Positions 35,811-44,090 of a stretch of 64,000 bases of DNA are shown here, piece after piece; position 1 is the first letter of the stretch; each line of letters starts with the position of its first letter. The position numbers and the translations under genes were made by a program. The stretch comes from Nitrosopumilus sp. (GTDB taxonomy: Archaea; Thermoproteota; Nitrososphaeria; Nitrososphaerales; Nitrosopumilaceae): positions 544,001 to 608,000 of the forward strand of contig OY759726.1 in NCBI GenBank assembly GCA_963662625.1, read 5' to 3'. The notes beneath the pieces were generated by a model. That model did not search any database and had not been told where the DNA came from. It saw only the letters and a program-made list of their open reading frames with translations.

Positions 35811-36266
35811 TTGAAATGCCTGTCGATCTGCCAGCCGTTCGCCGACCTGGTCGCGTCCGGCAGGAAGTCCGTGGAGCTGCGCAGTTGGAACACGGGCTAC
35901 CGGGGGGAGTTCCTGATCCACGCGCCGCTGAAGGTCAGGAAGGAGGAGGCCAGGAGGCTCGGGGCAGGCAGGGAGTTTGTCACGGGCGCGATCATCGGGA
36001 AGGCCGAGATCTTCGGGGTCAGGAGGTACGAGACCGAGTCGGAGTGGAGGAGGGACGGCCGGCTGCACCTGGCGTCCGGGGGGTTCCTGGGCAGCAGGTA
36101 CGGGTTCATGCTGAGGGACGCGAGGCGGTTCAGGGTGCCGATCCCGTGCAAGGGGATGCTGGGCTTCTTCGAGGCCGACGTCCCGAGCGCCCGGGCCAGC
36201 AGGTCGGAGATCGTGGCCGACATCATCGACGAGGAGCACAGGTACCGGTGGGTGGGGAGGCACTGA
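35811..36266 (+). CDS. ASCH domain protein
   Basis: TTG start; LSICQPFADLVASGRKSVELRSW..YRG..LIHA. Confidence 0.88.
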   Translation: MKCLSICQPFADLVASGRKSVELRSWNTGYRGEFLIHAPLKVRKEEARRLGAGREFVTGAIIGKAEIFGVRRYETESEWRRDGRLHLASGGFLGSRYGFMLRDARRFRVPIPCKGMLGFFEADVPSARASRSEIVADIIDEEHRYRWVGRH

Positions 36267-36366
36267 CGCGGGGCGCGCCCGGCAGGATGCGGGTTCCGTC
36301 CAGGCGGGGCCGCGTTCACGGCCCGGGCGCGGGGCCAAGGCGCGTCCCCGGCGCCGGGCCCGGGCC

Positions 36367-37703
36367 CAGTAGTTGAAAATGTACCCCCGCGGGGCACCGG
36401 CCAGCATGTTTTGACACGATCCGTGAACGTTTTGGACAGAAAAACCAATGGATCAGGCGCCCCTGTCATCCATCGTGTACCACCAAAACGAACCACGGGG
36501 GCGCCGGCTTGAGGTGGTGGGCAAGGCGTTTAAAACGTTGCCACGGCTGCTTGGGAAGGCGGGCATCAGGTTCTCGGGCCGGCACAACGCCGTGTACGGC
36601 ATGGCCGACTTCGTGCGCGTGTTGGTATCGATGTGCAGGGACCGCTCGTGCGCGTCGGGCGCCACCGGGGCGCTCGCCGTGCGCCACGGGCCCCGCCGCG
36701 TGCCGTCGTCGGCGTGGTTCCTGTCCAGGACAGGGGGGGCGTGCCGGGATCCCGGCACCATGGAGGGCAGGTGCAGGGACGCCCTGCGCTCCACGGTGCG
36801 CGGGGCCCGTCGCGCCGGGATCATCAGGGGGGCGTCCCACGCCGTGGCCCTGGACTATCACCTGATACCCAGGTATGACAGGAACCCCGCCACCAGGGGG
36901 GAGCAGCTGGTGCGCGCGAGGCACAGGAACGGGACGTCGCGCTTCGAGGGGTACGCCACCGCCCAGATGGTGGACGGGCCGGGGCTGAACCTGGCGTGCA
37001 GGCCCAAGAAGGGGAGCACGGGGGCCGAGACCGTGCGTGAACTGCTGCGTGACTGCGCTGGCGCGGGCGTCCGCCCGGGGCTGGTCCTGCTGGACCGGGG
37101 CTTCTTCTCGGCAGGGGTCGTCGGGGAGCTGTCCAGATCGGGCCACAGGTTCATCATGCCCGCGTCGCGGACGGCCGGCGTGAAGAGGGCCGTGGGGGAG
37201 CACGCGCGCGGGGAGAGGGATGCGGCGTCCCCGCACGTCCTGACGCCCCAGGACAGGAGCAAGAGGGAGCCGTTCACCCTGGTGATAGTCCCGAAGAAGG
37301 AGGGCGAGGACGGGTGGGACTCGGAGGACGCGCAGGAGAGGTACCTGGCGTACGCCACCAACGCCGGCGCCGGCAGGGCGGTCCGAGCCGCCGACGTCCC
37401 CGACGAGTACAGGAAGAGGTGGGGGACAGGGACGGGGCACGGGGACGCCGAGAAGGCCAGGCCCAGGACCACCAGCACGAACCCCTCAGTCAGGACGTTC
37501 ATGTTCTTCATGGCGCTGGTCATGTACAACCTGTGGATGATCTCGGTGGAATGGTCCGCCGGGTGGTACGGGAGCCGCGACACCGCCTCGATCCGGCTGG
37601 CGATCATGCTGGAGTACATGGTGAGGCTGGCCGCGTGCGCGGCGTATGGCGGCCGGACCTGGCCCAACCAGGCGTCTGCCGGCTAGTACATTTTCAAGTA
37701 CTG
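36367..37703 (+). mobile_element. ISH3-family insertion sequence, 1337 bp
   Basis: 18-bp terminal IRs CAGTAGTTGAAAATGTAC (36367-84) / GTACATTTTCAAGTACTG (37686-703), 17/18 match; 5-bp target duplication GGGCC (36362-66, 37704-08). Confidence 0.92.
36448..37686 (+). CDS. DDE transposase (ISH3/IS4-like), third catalytic residue substituted
   Basis: ALDYH, LLDRGFFS, YRKRWGTGTGH in place of the usual Y..RWGIETGY. Confidence 0.85.
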   Translation: MDQAPLSSIVYHQNEPRGRRLEVVGKAFKTLPRLLGKAGIRFSGRHNAVYGMADFVRVLVSMCRDRSCASGATGALAVRHGPRRVPSSAWFLSRTGGACRDPGTMEGRCRDALRSTVRGARRAGIIRGASHAVALDYHLIPRYDRNPATRGEQLVRARHRNGTSRFEGYATAQMVDGPGLNLACRPKKGSTGAETVRELLRDCAGAGVRPGLVLLDRGFFSAGVVGELSRSGHRFIMPASRTAGVKRAVGEHARGERDAASPHVLTPQDRSKREPFTLVIVPKKEGEDGWDSEDAQERYLAYATNAGAGRAVRAADVPDEYRKRWGTGTGHGDAEKARPRTTSTNPSVRTFMFFMALVMYNLWMISVEWSAGWYGSRDTASIRLAIMLEYMVRLAACAAYGGRTWPNQASAG

Positions 37704-37766
37704 GGGCCAGCGCCCGCCAGGCCGCGATTCGGAGGGATAATATAAAAGGGTTAATAAAGCTAGTAG

Positions 37767-38330
37767 ATGTCCCGTACAAAGCCCCTGGTCAGCATCGAGA
37801 ACGTCGTCGCGTCGGCGTCCGTGGAGCAGAAGATCGACCTGTCGGAGATCACGAAAAAGTTTCCCGACACCGAGTACCACCCAGAGCAGTTCCCGGGGCT
37901 GGTGTTCCGGCTGAGCAACCCGAGGACCGCCACGCTGATCTTCAGGACGGGCAAGATGGTATGCACGGGGGCAAAGTCCGAGGAAATGGCGGTCAAGGCG
38001 GTGAACACGGTGGTCCAGAAGCTGAGGAAGGGGAAGATAAAGATAAAGAACGACGCGGTGATCACGGTCCAGAACATAGTCGCCGCCATAAACCTGGGCG
38101 GGAAGATCCACCTGGAAAAGGCCGCCAGGACCCTCCCGAGGAGCATGTACGAGCCAGAGCAGTTCCCGGGGCTGATCTACAGGATGCTGGATCCGAAGAC
38201 CGTGATACTGCTGTTTGCCTCGGGGAAGCTCGTGTGCACGGGGGCAAAGAAAGAGGCCGACGTCTACCGCTCCGTGTACAACCTGCACGCGCTGCTCGAG
38301 GAGAAGAACCTGATGATATATGGCCCGTGA
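37767..38330 (+). CDS. tbp: TATA-box-binding protein
   Basis: Two repeats of NVVAS/NIVA...YxPEQFPGL...LIF.TGK.VCTGAK. Confidence 0.98.
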   Translation: MSRTKPLVSIENVVASASVEQKIDLSEITKKFPDTEYHPEQFPGLVFRLSNPRTATLIFRTGKMVCTGAKSEEMAVKAVNTVVQKLRKGKIKIKNDAVITVQNIVAAINLGGKIHLEKAARTLPRSMYEPEQFPGLIYRMLDPKTVILLFASGKLVCTGAKKEADVYRSVYNLHALLEEKNLMIYGP

Positions 38331-38574
38331 CCCCCAGGCGCCGGATCCCGGCGCGGCCGGCGACGAGTACGCGGAGGAGAAGGCCAGGCTCACGCCGGAG
38401 GACGGGTTTGAGCTGGTGGGGATAGATTTTTTCGCGCCCCCCGGGGACAGGCTGTACCCCATACGGCACTTTGCGGCGTACCGTGACGCGCTGGCCGCGA
38501 AGAAGGGGCGCGGGAACCCCGAGGAGTACTTTGTGCTGTACAGGGACGCCGGCGGGGAGTGCCGCTGCCGCTAG
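38320..38574 (+). CDS. hypothetical protein
   Basis: 84-aa ORF overlapping the tbp stop (GFELVGIDFF..PGDRLY). Confidence 0.65.
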   Translation: MARDPQAPDPGAAGDEYAEEKARLTPEDGFELVGIDFFAPPGDRLYPIRHFAAYRDALAAKKGRGNPEEYFVLYRDAGGECRCR

Positions 38575-38578
38575 GCGG

Positions 38579-39256
38579 CTAGCCTGCAAAGGAGAACGCC
38601 GACGACGCCGACCCCGAGGCGTTTTGCGCGGTGATGGTGTACGTCCCGGGATCCTTCCAGCCGGCCCCGCCGGCAATCGCCAGGGTGGAGTACCTCCCGT
38701 CGCTTTTCGTGTCGACCTGCTCGGACCATGCCAGCTTGCCTGCAGGGTTCGTGATGGCAAGCGTCACGGACCCGGCCACGGGGGACGTGCCGCTGATCGA
38801 GACGATGTCGCCCGCCCCGTACGACGCGAGATCGGTGTGGAGGGAGAGGGCGGCCGGCCCAGCCGGGCCGTCCGCGGGCCCGCCGGGGGCGCCGCCGACG
38901 GCAAGCGCCACGGAGACGATCACCGCCAGCGCCGCGGCGCCGGCTACCAGCGCCAGCGTCGGGTTTTTCCTGGACTTCCTCGGCCCGGTGGGCGGGGCCG
39001 GGGCCGGGGGCGGGGCCGGCCGCTCCTCCCGGGCCGGCGGCTTTGCCTGCGCCGCCACGTCCGGGACGTCGGGCTCCTCCGGCTCCTCGGGCCCCCTGCC
39101 CAGGTGCTCCTCGGCCAGCTTCCTGACGTAGTTGCGCTCGTAGTTGCTGATCACCTCGTCGTTTTCGCACGCCCGGTGGATCTGCTTCAGGATCCGCTCG
39201 TCGCCTTTCTTCCGGTCAAGCAGTTCCTTGACGTCGTCGATCATTGGATCGGCCAT
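38579..39256 (-). CDS. membrane protein with C-terminal Ig-like domain
   Basis: Soluble N-domain, Pro-rich linker, TM helix, TD..SY..GD.V.ISG...PGTYTITA. Confidence 0.75.
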   Translation of the reverse strand: MADPMIDDVKELLDRKKGDERILKQIHRACENDEVISNYERNYVRKLAEEHLGRGPEEPEEPDVPDVAAQAKPPAREERPAPPPAPAPPTGPRKSRKNPTLALVAGAAALAVIVSVALAVGGAPGGPADGPAGPAALSLHTDLASYGAGDIVSISGTSPVAGSVTLAITNPAGKLAWSEQVDTKSDGRYSTLAIAGGAGWKDPGTYTITAQNASGSASSAFSFAG

Positions 39257-39493
39257 ACCTGTTACTTACCGGCGGATTATTTATGAAGTTACCTTGGGGG
39301 CTGCCCGGGCGCGGGTTCCGCGCCTGCGGCAAAAGGCTGCCGGGAGGAGGCAGGTCCTCCCGGGAGTTCCTTTGGGGAACGTCCTGTTTGAAGGGTGCGT
39401 TACCATTGCAAAGTTCGTATAAAAGCGCGTGCCGGGACGCGCGGCCGCCGGCCGGGGCCTAAGTTTTTTATCTCAAGCGGTACAATGCTAGTC

Positions 39494-39868
39494 ATGTGCG
39501 CAAGCGCCCCTGACTCGTACCTTAAGAAGATAGACGAGATCCTGAGGCACGAGGAGATACGCTTCTGCGGCATGGTGGACACCGGGGGGAACCTGGTGGA
39601 GGGCAAGTTTCGCGAGGGCATACTGCCGCTGGAGCAGGACTCCGAGCGGCAGAAGATCTTCAGGGAGCTGGCTGCGAGGGTCACCGCGAGGAAGAAGTTC
39701 GAGCACTCCATGGGCAGGATCAAGTACTCGGCGTCGAGGCGGGAGGAGCTGGTCATGATAAGCTTCCCGGCAGGCGAGCACACCATCATGGTGACCGCCG
39801 GGACGAGCGTCAACATAGACCGGCTGGCCTTCAAGATAATCAAGATCCTGGGCATGGGTTGGGGCTAG
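39494..39868 (+). CDS. hypothetical protein (roadblock/profilin-like fold, DUF6659-like)
   Basis: IRFCGMVD..GNLV.G..REGI.PL...MISFP pattern. Confidence 0.7.
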   Translation: MCASAPDSYLKKIDEILRHEEIRFCGMVDTGGNLVEGKFREGILPLEQDSERQKIFRELAARVTARKKFEHSMGRIKYSASRREELVMISFPAGEHTIMVTAGTSVNIDRLAFKIIKILGMGWG

Positions 39869-39928
39869 CCGTCCGGCGGCCGTGGCGGTCTGGCTGGCGT
39901 AAAAAACGGTGAAGGTGGAGGGACAGCG

Positions 39929-40168
39929 CTACTGTTGCCCTTCTATCCCCATCAGCGTCAGGGTGGACCGGATCTTTGGGATCTTTCGTATCTTCCAAGT
40001 GATCGTTTCGCGCAGCGCCTCTACCAGGTTGGATTCAACCTTCGTGAGGATGTCGTATGCGCCAAAGGTGCCGTGCACTTCGGAGACACCCTCGATTGAC
40101 TTCAGTTCCGAGATTACTGCCTCCTCGGATCCCAGCTCGCAGTTTATGAGGACGTATGCTGTTGCCAT
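39929..40168 (-). CDS. Lrp/AsnC ligand-binding (RAM) domain protein, second copy
   Basis: 63/79 aa identical to 7946-8185. Confidence 0.9.
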   Translation of the reverse strand: MATAYVLINCELGSEEAVISELKSIEGVSEVHGTFGAYDILTKVESNLVEALRETITWKIRKIPKIRSTLTLMGIEGQQ

Positions 40169-40305
40169 CACTGCTCAACTCCCGATTTCATAATAAAAAA
40201 TAAAACCTGAAATATATAAGAATAATTAAAAATGATTATATATCAATCCAGGTTTCAGGCGCTGCCATGTAAATGTGTTTGGTGGGAGCGCGGGATTTTT
40301 AAAAA

Positions 40306-41259
40306 TCATAAAGCCCCCCTCATGACCGCCTCCAGGTCCCCGACGGTCTTTGCCGCGGCGATCCCCGACCGCAGCCTGACCCCGCCGCGCAATCCCCGGG
40401 TAAAGCGGATCGCCTGGTTCTTGACGTTCGCAAACTTGATGGCAAAGCCCCTGGTCAGTTCCAGGTACTCGAAGAACGCCTCCAGCCGGTCCGCGGCCGA
40501 GCGCTCCTCGTAGGAGCCCGTCTCCAGGTAGTCGTTGATCTGCTCGAAGAGGAACGGGTTCCCCATCGCGCCCCTGCCCACCATGACGTAGTCGCAGCCG
40601 GTGTATTCCAGCATCGCCCCGGCGTCCTCCGGCGTCACGATGTCCCCGTTGCCCACTATGGGGACGCTTGCCGTCTGCTTTAGCTCCTTTATCATCTTCC
40701 AGTCGGCCCTTCCGGAGTATCCCTGGCTCACGGTCCTGGGGTGCAGCGTGATCATCTGGATGCCGCGGTCCTCGGCCATTCCGGCAACGTCCATGAACAG
40801 GCGCCGGGACGCGTCGGTGATCCCCAGCCGGATCTTCAGGGTCACGGGCTTGCTGGTCGCGCCGACCAGCGCGTCGAAGATCTGCCCCGTCAGGCCCGCC
40901 TCCTGGAGGAGGGCCCCGCCCGCCATCTGCCGCGTGATGTGGGGCGCGGGGCAGCCCATGTTGTAGTCTATGATGTCGAAGAACGGCTCGACGATCCCCG
41001 CGGCCGCCTTCAGGGACTCGATGTCGGAGCCGAACAGCTGCACGGACAGCGGCCGCTCCTCCTCGGAGTACTCTAGGAACTCCCGTATCGTCCTGCTGTC
41101 CCGCCTCAGCTGCCTTTCCTTGGCAACGATGCTGTGTATGCTGGTGAACTCGGTCACCACCAGGCCCGCGCCCCGCCTCCTGCACTGGAGCCTCAGGGCA
41201 GGGTCGCTGACTCCGGCCATCGGCGCCAGGAACGCCTTGCTGGAGAATTTCGGGAGCAT
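40306..41259 (-). CDS. dus: tRNA-dihydrouridine synthase
   Basis: LAPMAG, VQLFG, NMGCP, LHPRT, GNGDI, VMVGRG. Confidence 0.93.
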   Translation of the reverse strand: MLPKFSSKAFLAPMAGVSDPALRLQCRRRGAGLVVTEFTSIHSIVAKERQLRRDSRTIREFLEYSEEERPLSVQLFGSDIESLKAAAGIVEPFFDIIDYNMGCPAPHITRQMAGGALLQEAGLTGQIFDALVGATSKPVTLKIRLGITDASRRLFMDVAGMAEDRGIQMITLHPRTVSQGYSGRADWKMIKELKQTASVPIVGNGDIVTPEDAGAMLEYTGCDYVMVGRGAMGNPFLFEQINDYLETGSYEERSAADRLEAFFEYLELTRGFAIKFANVKNQAIRFTRGLRGGVRLRSGIAAAKTVGDLEAVMRGAL

Positions 41260-41297
41260 CCCCCGGTTACCGGGGCGCGGCCATGCCTGCCATCGGG

Positions 41298-44078
41298 CTA
41301 CGGGTCCGGGCAGCCGTCGGCGTCCATGTAGCCGTCAAAGTCTTCCGGCTCCAGGGGGCACGCGTCTTCGTCGTTGATTATGCTGTCGAGGTCGTCGTCG
41401 TGGAAGGGCCTCTGCTGCTCAGGGACCGTGTCGGGGCAGCCGTCGGAGTCGTAGTACTTGTTCCAGGTCTCGGGGCTGACGGGGCAGGAATCAAGCGCGT
41501 CGGGGTAGCCGTCCCGGTCGGAGTCGGACGCGGCCGGCGACGCGGACTGCGCGGCCCTCGTGTCGGGGCAGCCGTCCCAGTCCAGGTACTGGTTATAGTT
41601 CTCCGGCGAGCCCACGCACTGGTCGCGCCGGTCCTCGATGCCGTCGCCGTCGGAGTCGGGGAACCCGTACTCCTCCACCGCGTCTGCGGGGGCGCTGTCG
41701 GGGCAGCCGTCGTCGTCCTGGAACCGGTTGTAGGTCTCGCGCTCCGATGGGCAGGCGTCTATCGCGTCGGGCTTGCCGTCCATGTCGCCGTCTGCCAGCG
41801 GGATGTAGTCGTCGGGGCAGCCGTCGCCGTCAAGCACCCCGTTGTACGTCTCCGGCTGGGAGGGGCAGTGGTCTGCCGCGTCCATGATGCCGTCGCCGTC
41901 GGAGTCGTAGGCGGCCCTGTCGTCGGCCACGGAGTCGGGGCAGCCGTCCGCGTCCCGGAACATGTTCCAGGTCTCGGGGCTCTCGGGGCACGAGTCAACG
42001 TCGTTGGCGATCCCGTCGCCGTCGGCGTCGGCGGTTACGGCGTAGGCGACCATGTCGGGGCAGCCGTCGCCGTCGCGGAACCCGTTGAAGTTCTCGCGCA
42101 CCGAGGGGCAGGCGTCCGCGTCGTCGGGTATGGTGTCATAGTCGGTGTCGGCCCTCCCCGGCGAATAGTACCCGGGCGCCTCGGGGCAGCCGTCGCCGTC
42201 AAGCACGCCGTTGAAGTTCTCCGGCGAGTCCACGCACTGGTCGCGCCGGTCCTCGATGCCGTCGCCGTCGGAGTCGGGGAACTCGTACGCCGGCGCGCCG
42301 GAGGCGACGCTGTCGGGGCAGCCGTCGCCGTCCTGGAACCTGTTCCACGTCTCGGGGGCTGCGGGGCACGAGTCGGCGGGGTCTGGGATCCCGTCGAGGT
42401 CCGAGTCGGACGTCGGCGCGAGCCTGTCGGGGCAGCCGTCGGCGTCATAGAGACCGTTGTAGGTCTCCGGCCGGTTCGGGCACAGGTCGGCCGCGTCCGG
42501 CACCCCGTCGCCGTCGGAGTCGTAGGCGACCCTGCCGTCGGCCACGGAGTCGGGGCAGCCGTCGCCGTCCTGGAACCTGTTGTAGGTCTCCATTGCGGCG
42601 GGGCACAGGTCGTCATACCCGAGGATGCCGTCGCCGTCGGTGTCCACCGCGGGCCGGTAGGCCACGGTGTCCGGGCAGCCGTCGGCGTCCTGGAACTTGT
42701 TGAAGTTCTCGCGCTCCAGGGGGCAGGCGTCCGCGTCGTCGGGTATGGTGTCATAGTCGGTGTCGGCCCTCCCCGGCGAATAGTACCCGGGCGCCTCGGG
42801 GCAGCCGTCGCCGTCAAGCACGCCGTTGAAGTTCTCCGGCGAGTCCACGCACTGGTCGCGCCGGTCCTCGATGCCGTCGCCGTCGGAGTCGGGGAACTCG
42901 TACGCCGGCGCGCCGGAGGCGACGCTGTCGGGGCAGCCGTCGCCGTCCTGGAACGAGTTGTACGTCTCCGGCCGGTCCGGGCACGAGTCGGCGGGGTCTG
43001 GGATCCCGTCGCCGTCCGTGTCGGGCACCATGGTGCTGTCCGGGCAGCCGTCGGCGTCCTGGAACGAGTTGTACGTCTCCGGCCGGTTCGGGCACGAGTC
43101 GGCCGCGTCCATGATCCCGTCGCCGTCGGAGTCATAGGCGACCCTGCCGTCGGCCACGGAGTCGGGGCAGCCGTCGCCGTCCTGGAACCTGTTGTAGGTC
43201 TCCATTGCGGCGGGGCACAGGTCGTCAGGTCCGAGGATGCCGTCGCCGTCTGTGTCCACGGATGGCTGGTAGGCCACGGTGTCCGGGCAGCCGTCGTCGT
43301 CCTGGAACCTGTTGAAGTTCTCGCGCTCCAGGGGGCAGGCGTCCGCGTCGTCGGGTATGGTGTCATAGTCGGTGTCGGCCCTCCCCGGCGAATAGTACCC
43401 GGGCGCCTCGGGGCAGCCGTCGCCGTCAAGCACGCCGTTGAAGTTCTCCGGCGAGCCCACGCACTGGTCGCGCCGGTCCTCGATGCCGTCGCCGTCGGCG
43501 TCGGGGAACTCGTACGCCGGCGCGCCGGAGGCGACGCTGTCGGGGCAGCCGTCGCCGTCCTGGAACGAGTTGTACGTCTCCGGCCGGTCCGGGCACGAGT
43601 CGGCAACGTCCATGATCCCGTCGAGGTCCGAGTCGGACGTCGGCGAGAGGCTGTCGGGGCAGCCGTCGGCGTCATAGAGACCGTTGTACGTCTCCGGCCG
43701 GTTCGGGCACAGGTCGGCAACGTCCATGATCCCGTCGCCGTCGGAGTCGTAGGTGGCCTGGCCGCCGTCGGGGGGCACGTCGGGGCAGCCGTCGCCGTCC
43801 TGGAACCGGTTGTAGGTCTCCTTTACGGTGGGGCAGCCGTCCAGGTGATCCTGGATCCCGTCGTTGTCGGCGTCGTACCAGGGCACGAAGTCGGCCGGGC
43901 AGCCGTCTATGTTGCTGCCGTACTGCGGGTCATAGTCCTCCAGCAGGTAGGGGCACATGTCGTCGGCGTCCGGCACCCCGTCGCCGTCGCTGTCGGCTGC
44001 CGCGAGGGCCGGTCCGGGCACCATGCCGATGGTGGAGGTTAGCAGAAGCAGGAATCCCAGCAGGCAGTGTTTTTTCAT
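41298..44078 (-). CDS. secreted thrombospondin type-3 repeat protein (copy 3; four super-repeats)
   Basis: Signal peptide MKKHCLLGFLLLL...; tandem DxDGDG..D..D.CP...E.YN...D.DGCPD units. Confidence 0.92.
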   Translation of the reverse strand: MKKHCLLGFLLLLTSTIGMVPGPALAAADSDGDGVPDADDMCPYLLEDYDPQYGSNIDGCPADFVPWYDADNDGIQDHLDGCPTVKETYNRFQDGDGCPDVPPDGGQATYDSDGDGIMDVADLCPNRPETYNGLYDADGCPDSLSPTSDSDLDGIMDVADSCPDRPETYNSFQDGDGCPDSVASGAPAYEFPDADGDGIEDRRDQCVGSPENFNGVLDGDGCPEAPGYYSPGRADTDYDTIPDDADACPLERENFNRFQDDDGCPDTVAYQPSVDTDGDGILGPDDLCPAAMETYNRFQDGDGCPDSVADGRVAYDSDGDGIMDAADSCPNRPETYNSFQDADGCPDSTMVPDTDGDGIPDPADSCPDRPETYNSFQDGDGCPDSVASGAPAYEFPDSDGDGIEDRRDQCVDSPENFNGVLDGDGCPEAPGYYSPGRADTDYDTIPDDADACPLERENFNKFQDADGCPDTVAYRPAVDTDGDGILGYDDLCPAAMETYNRFQDGDGCPDSVADGRVAYDSDGDGVPDAADLCPNRPETYNGLYDADGCPDRLAPTSDSDLDGIPDPADSCPAAPETWNRFQDGDGCPDSVASGAPAYEFPDSDGDGIEDRRDQCVDSPENFNGVLDGDGCPEAPGYYSPGRADTDYDTIPDDADACPSVRENFNGFRDGDGCPDMVAYAVTADADGDGIANDVDSCPESPETWNMFRDADGCPDSVADDRAAYDSDGDGIMDAADHCPSQPETYNGVLDGDGCPDDYIPLADGDMDGKPDAIDACPSERETYNRFQDDDGCPDSAPADAVEEYGFPDSDGDGIEDRRDQCVGSPENYNQYLDWDGCPDTRAAQSASPAASDSDRDGYPDALDSCPVSPETWNKYYDSDGCPDTVPEQQRPFHDDDLDSIINDEDACPLEPEDFDGYMDADGCPDP

Positions 44079-44090
44079 GGCCACGGGCTC

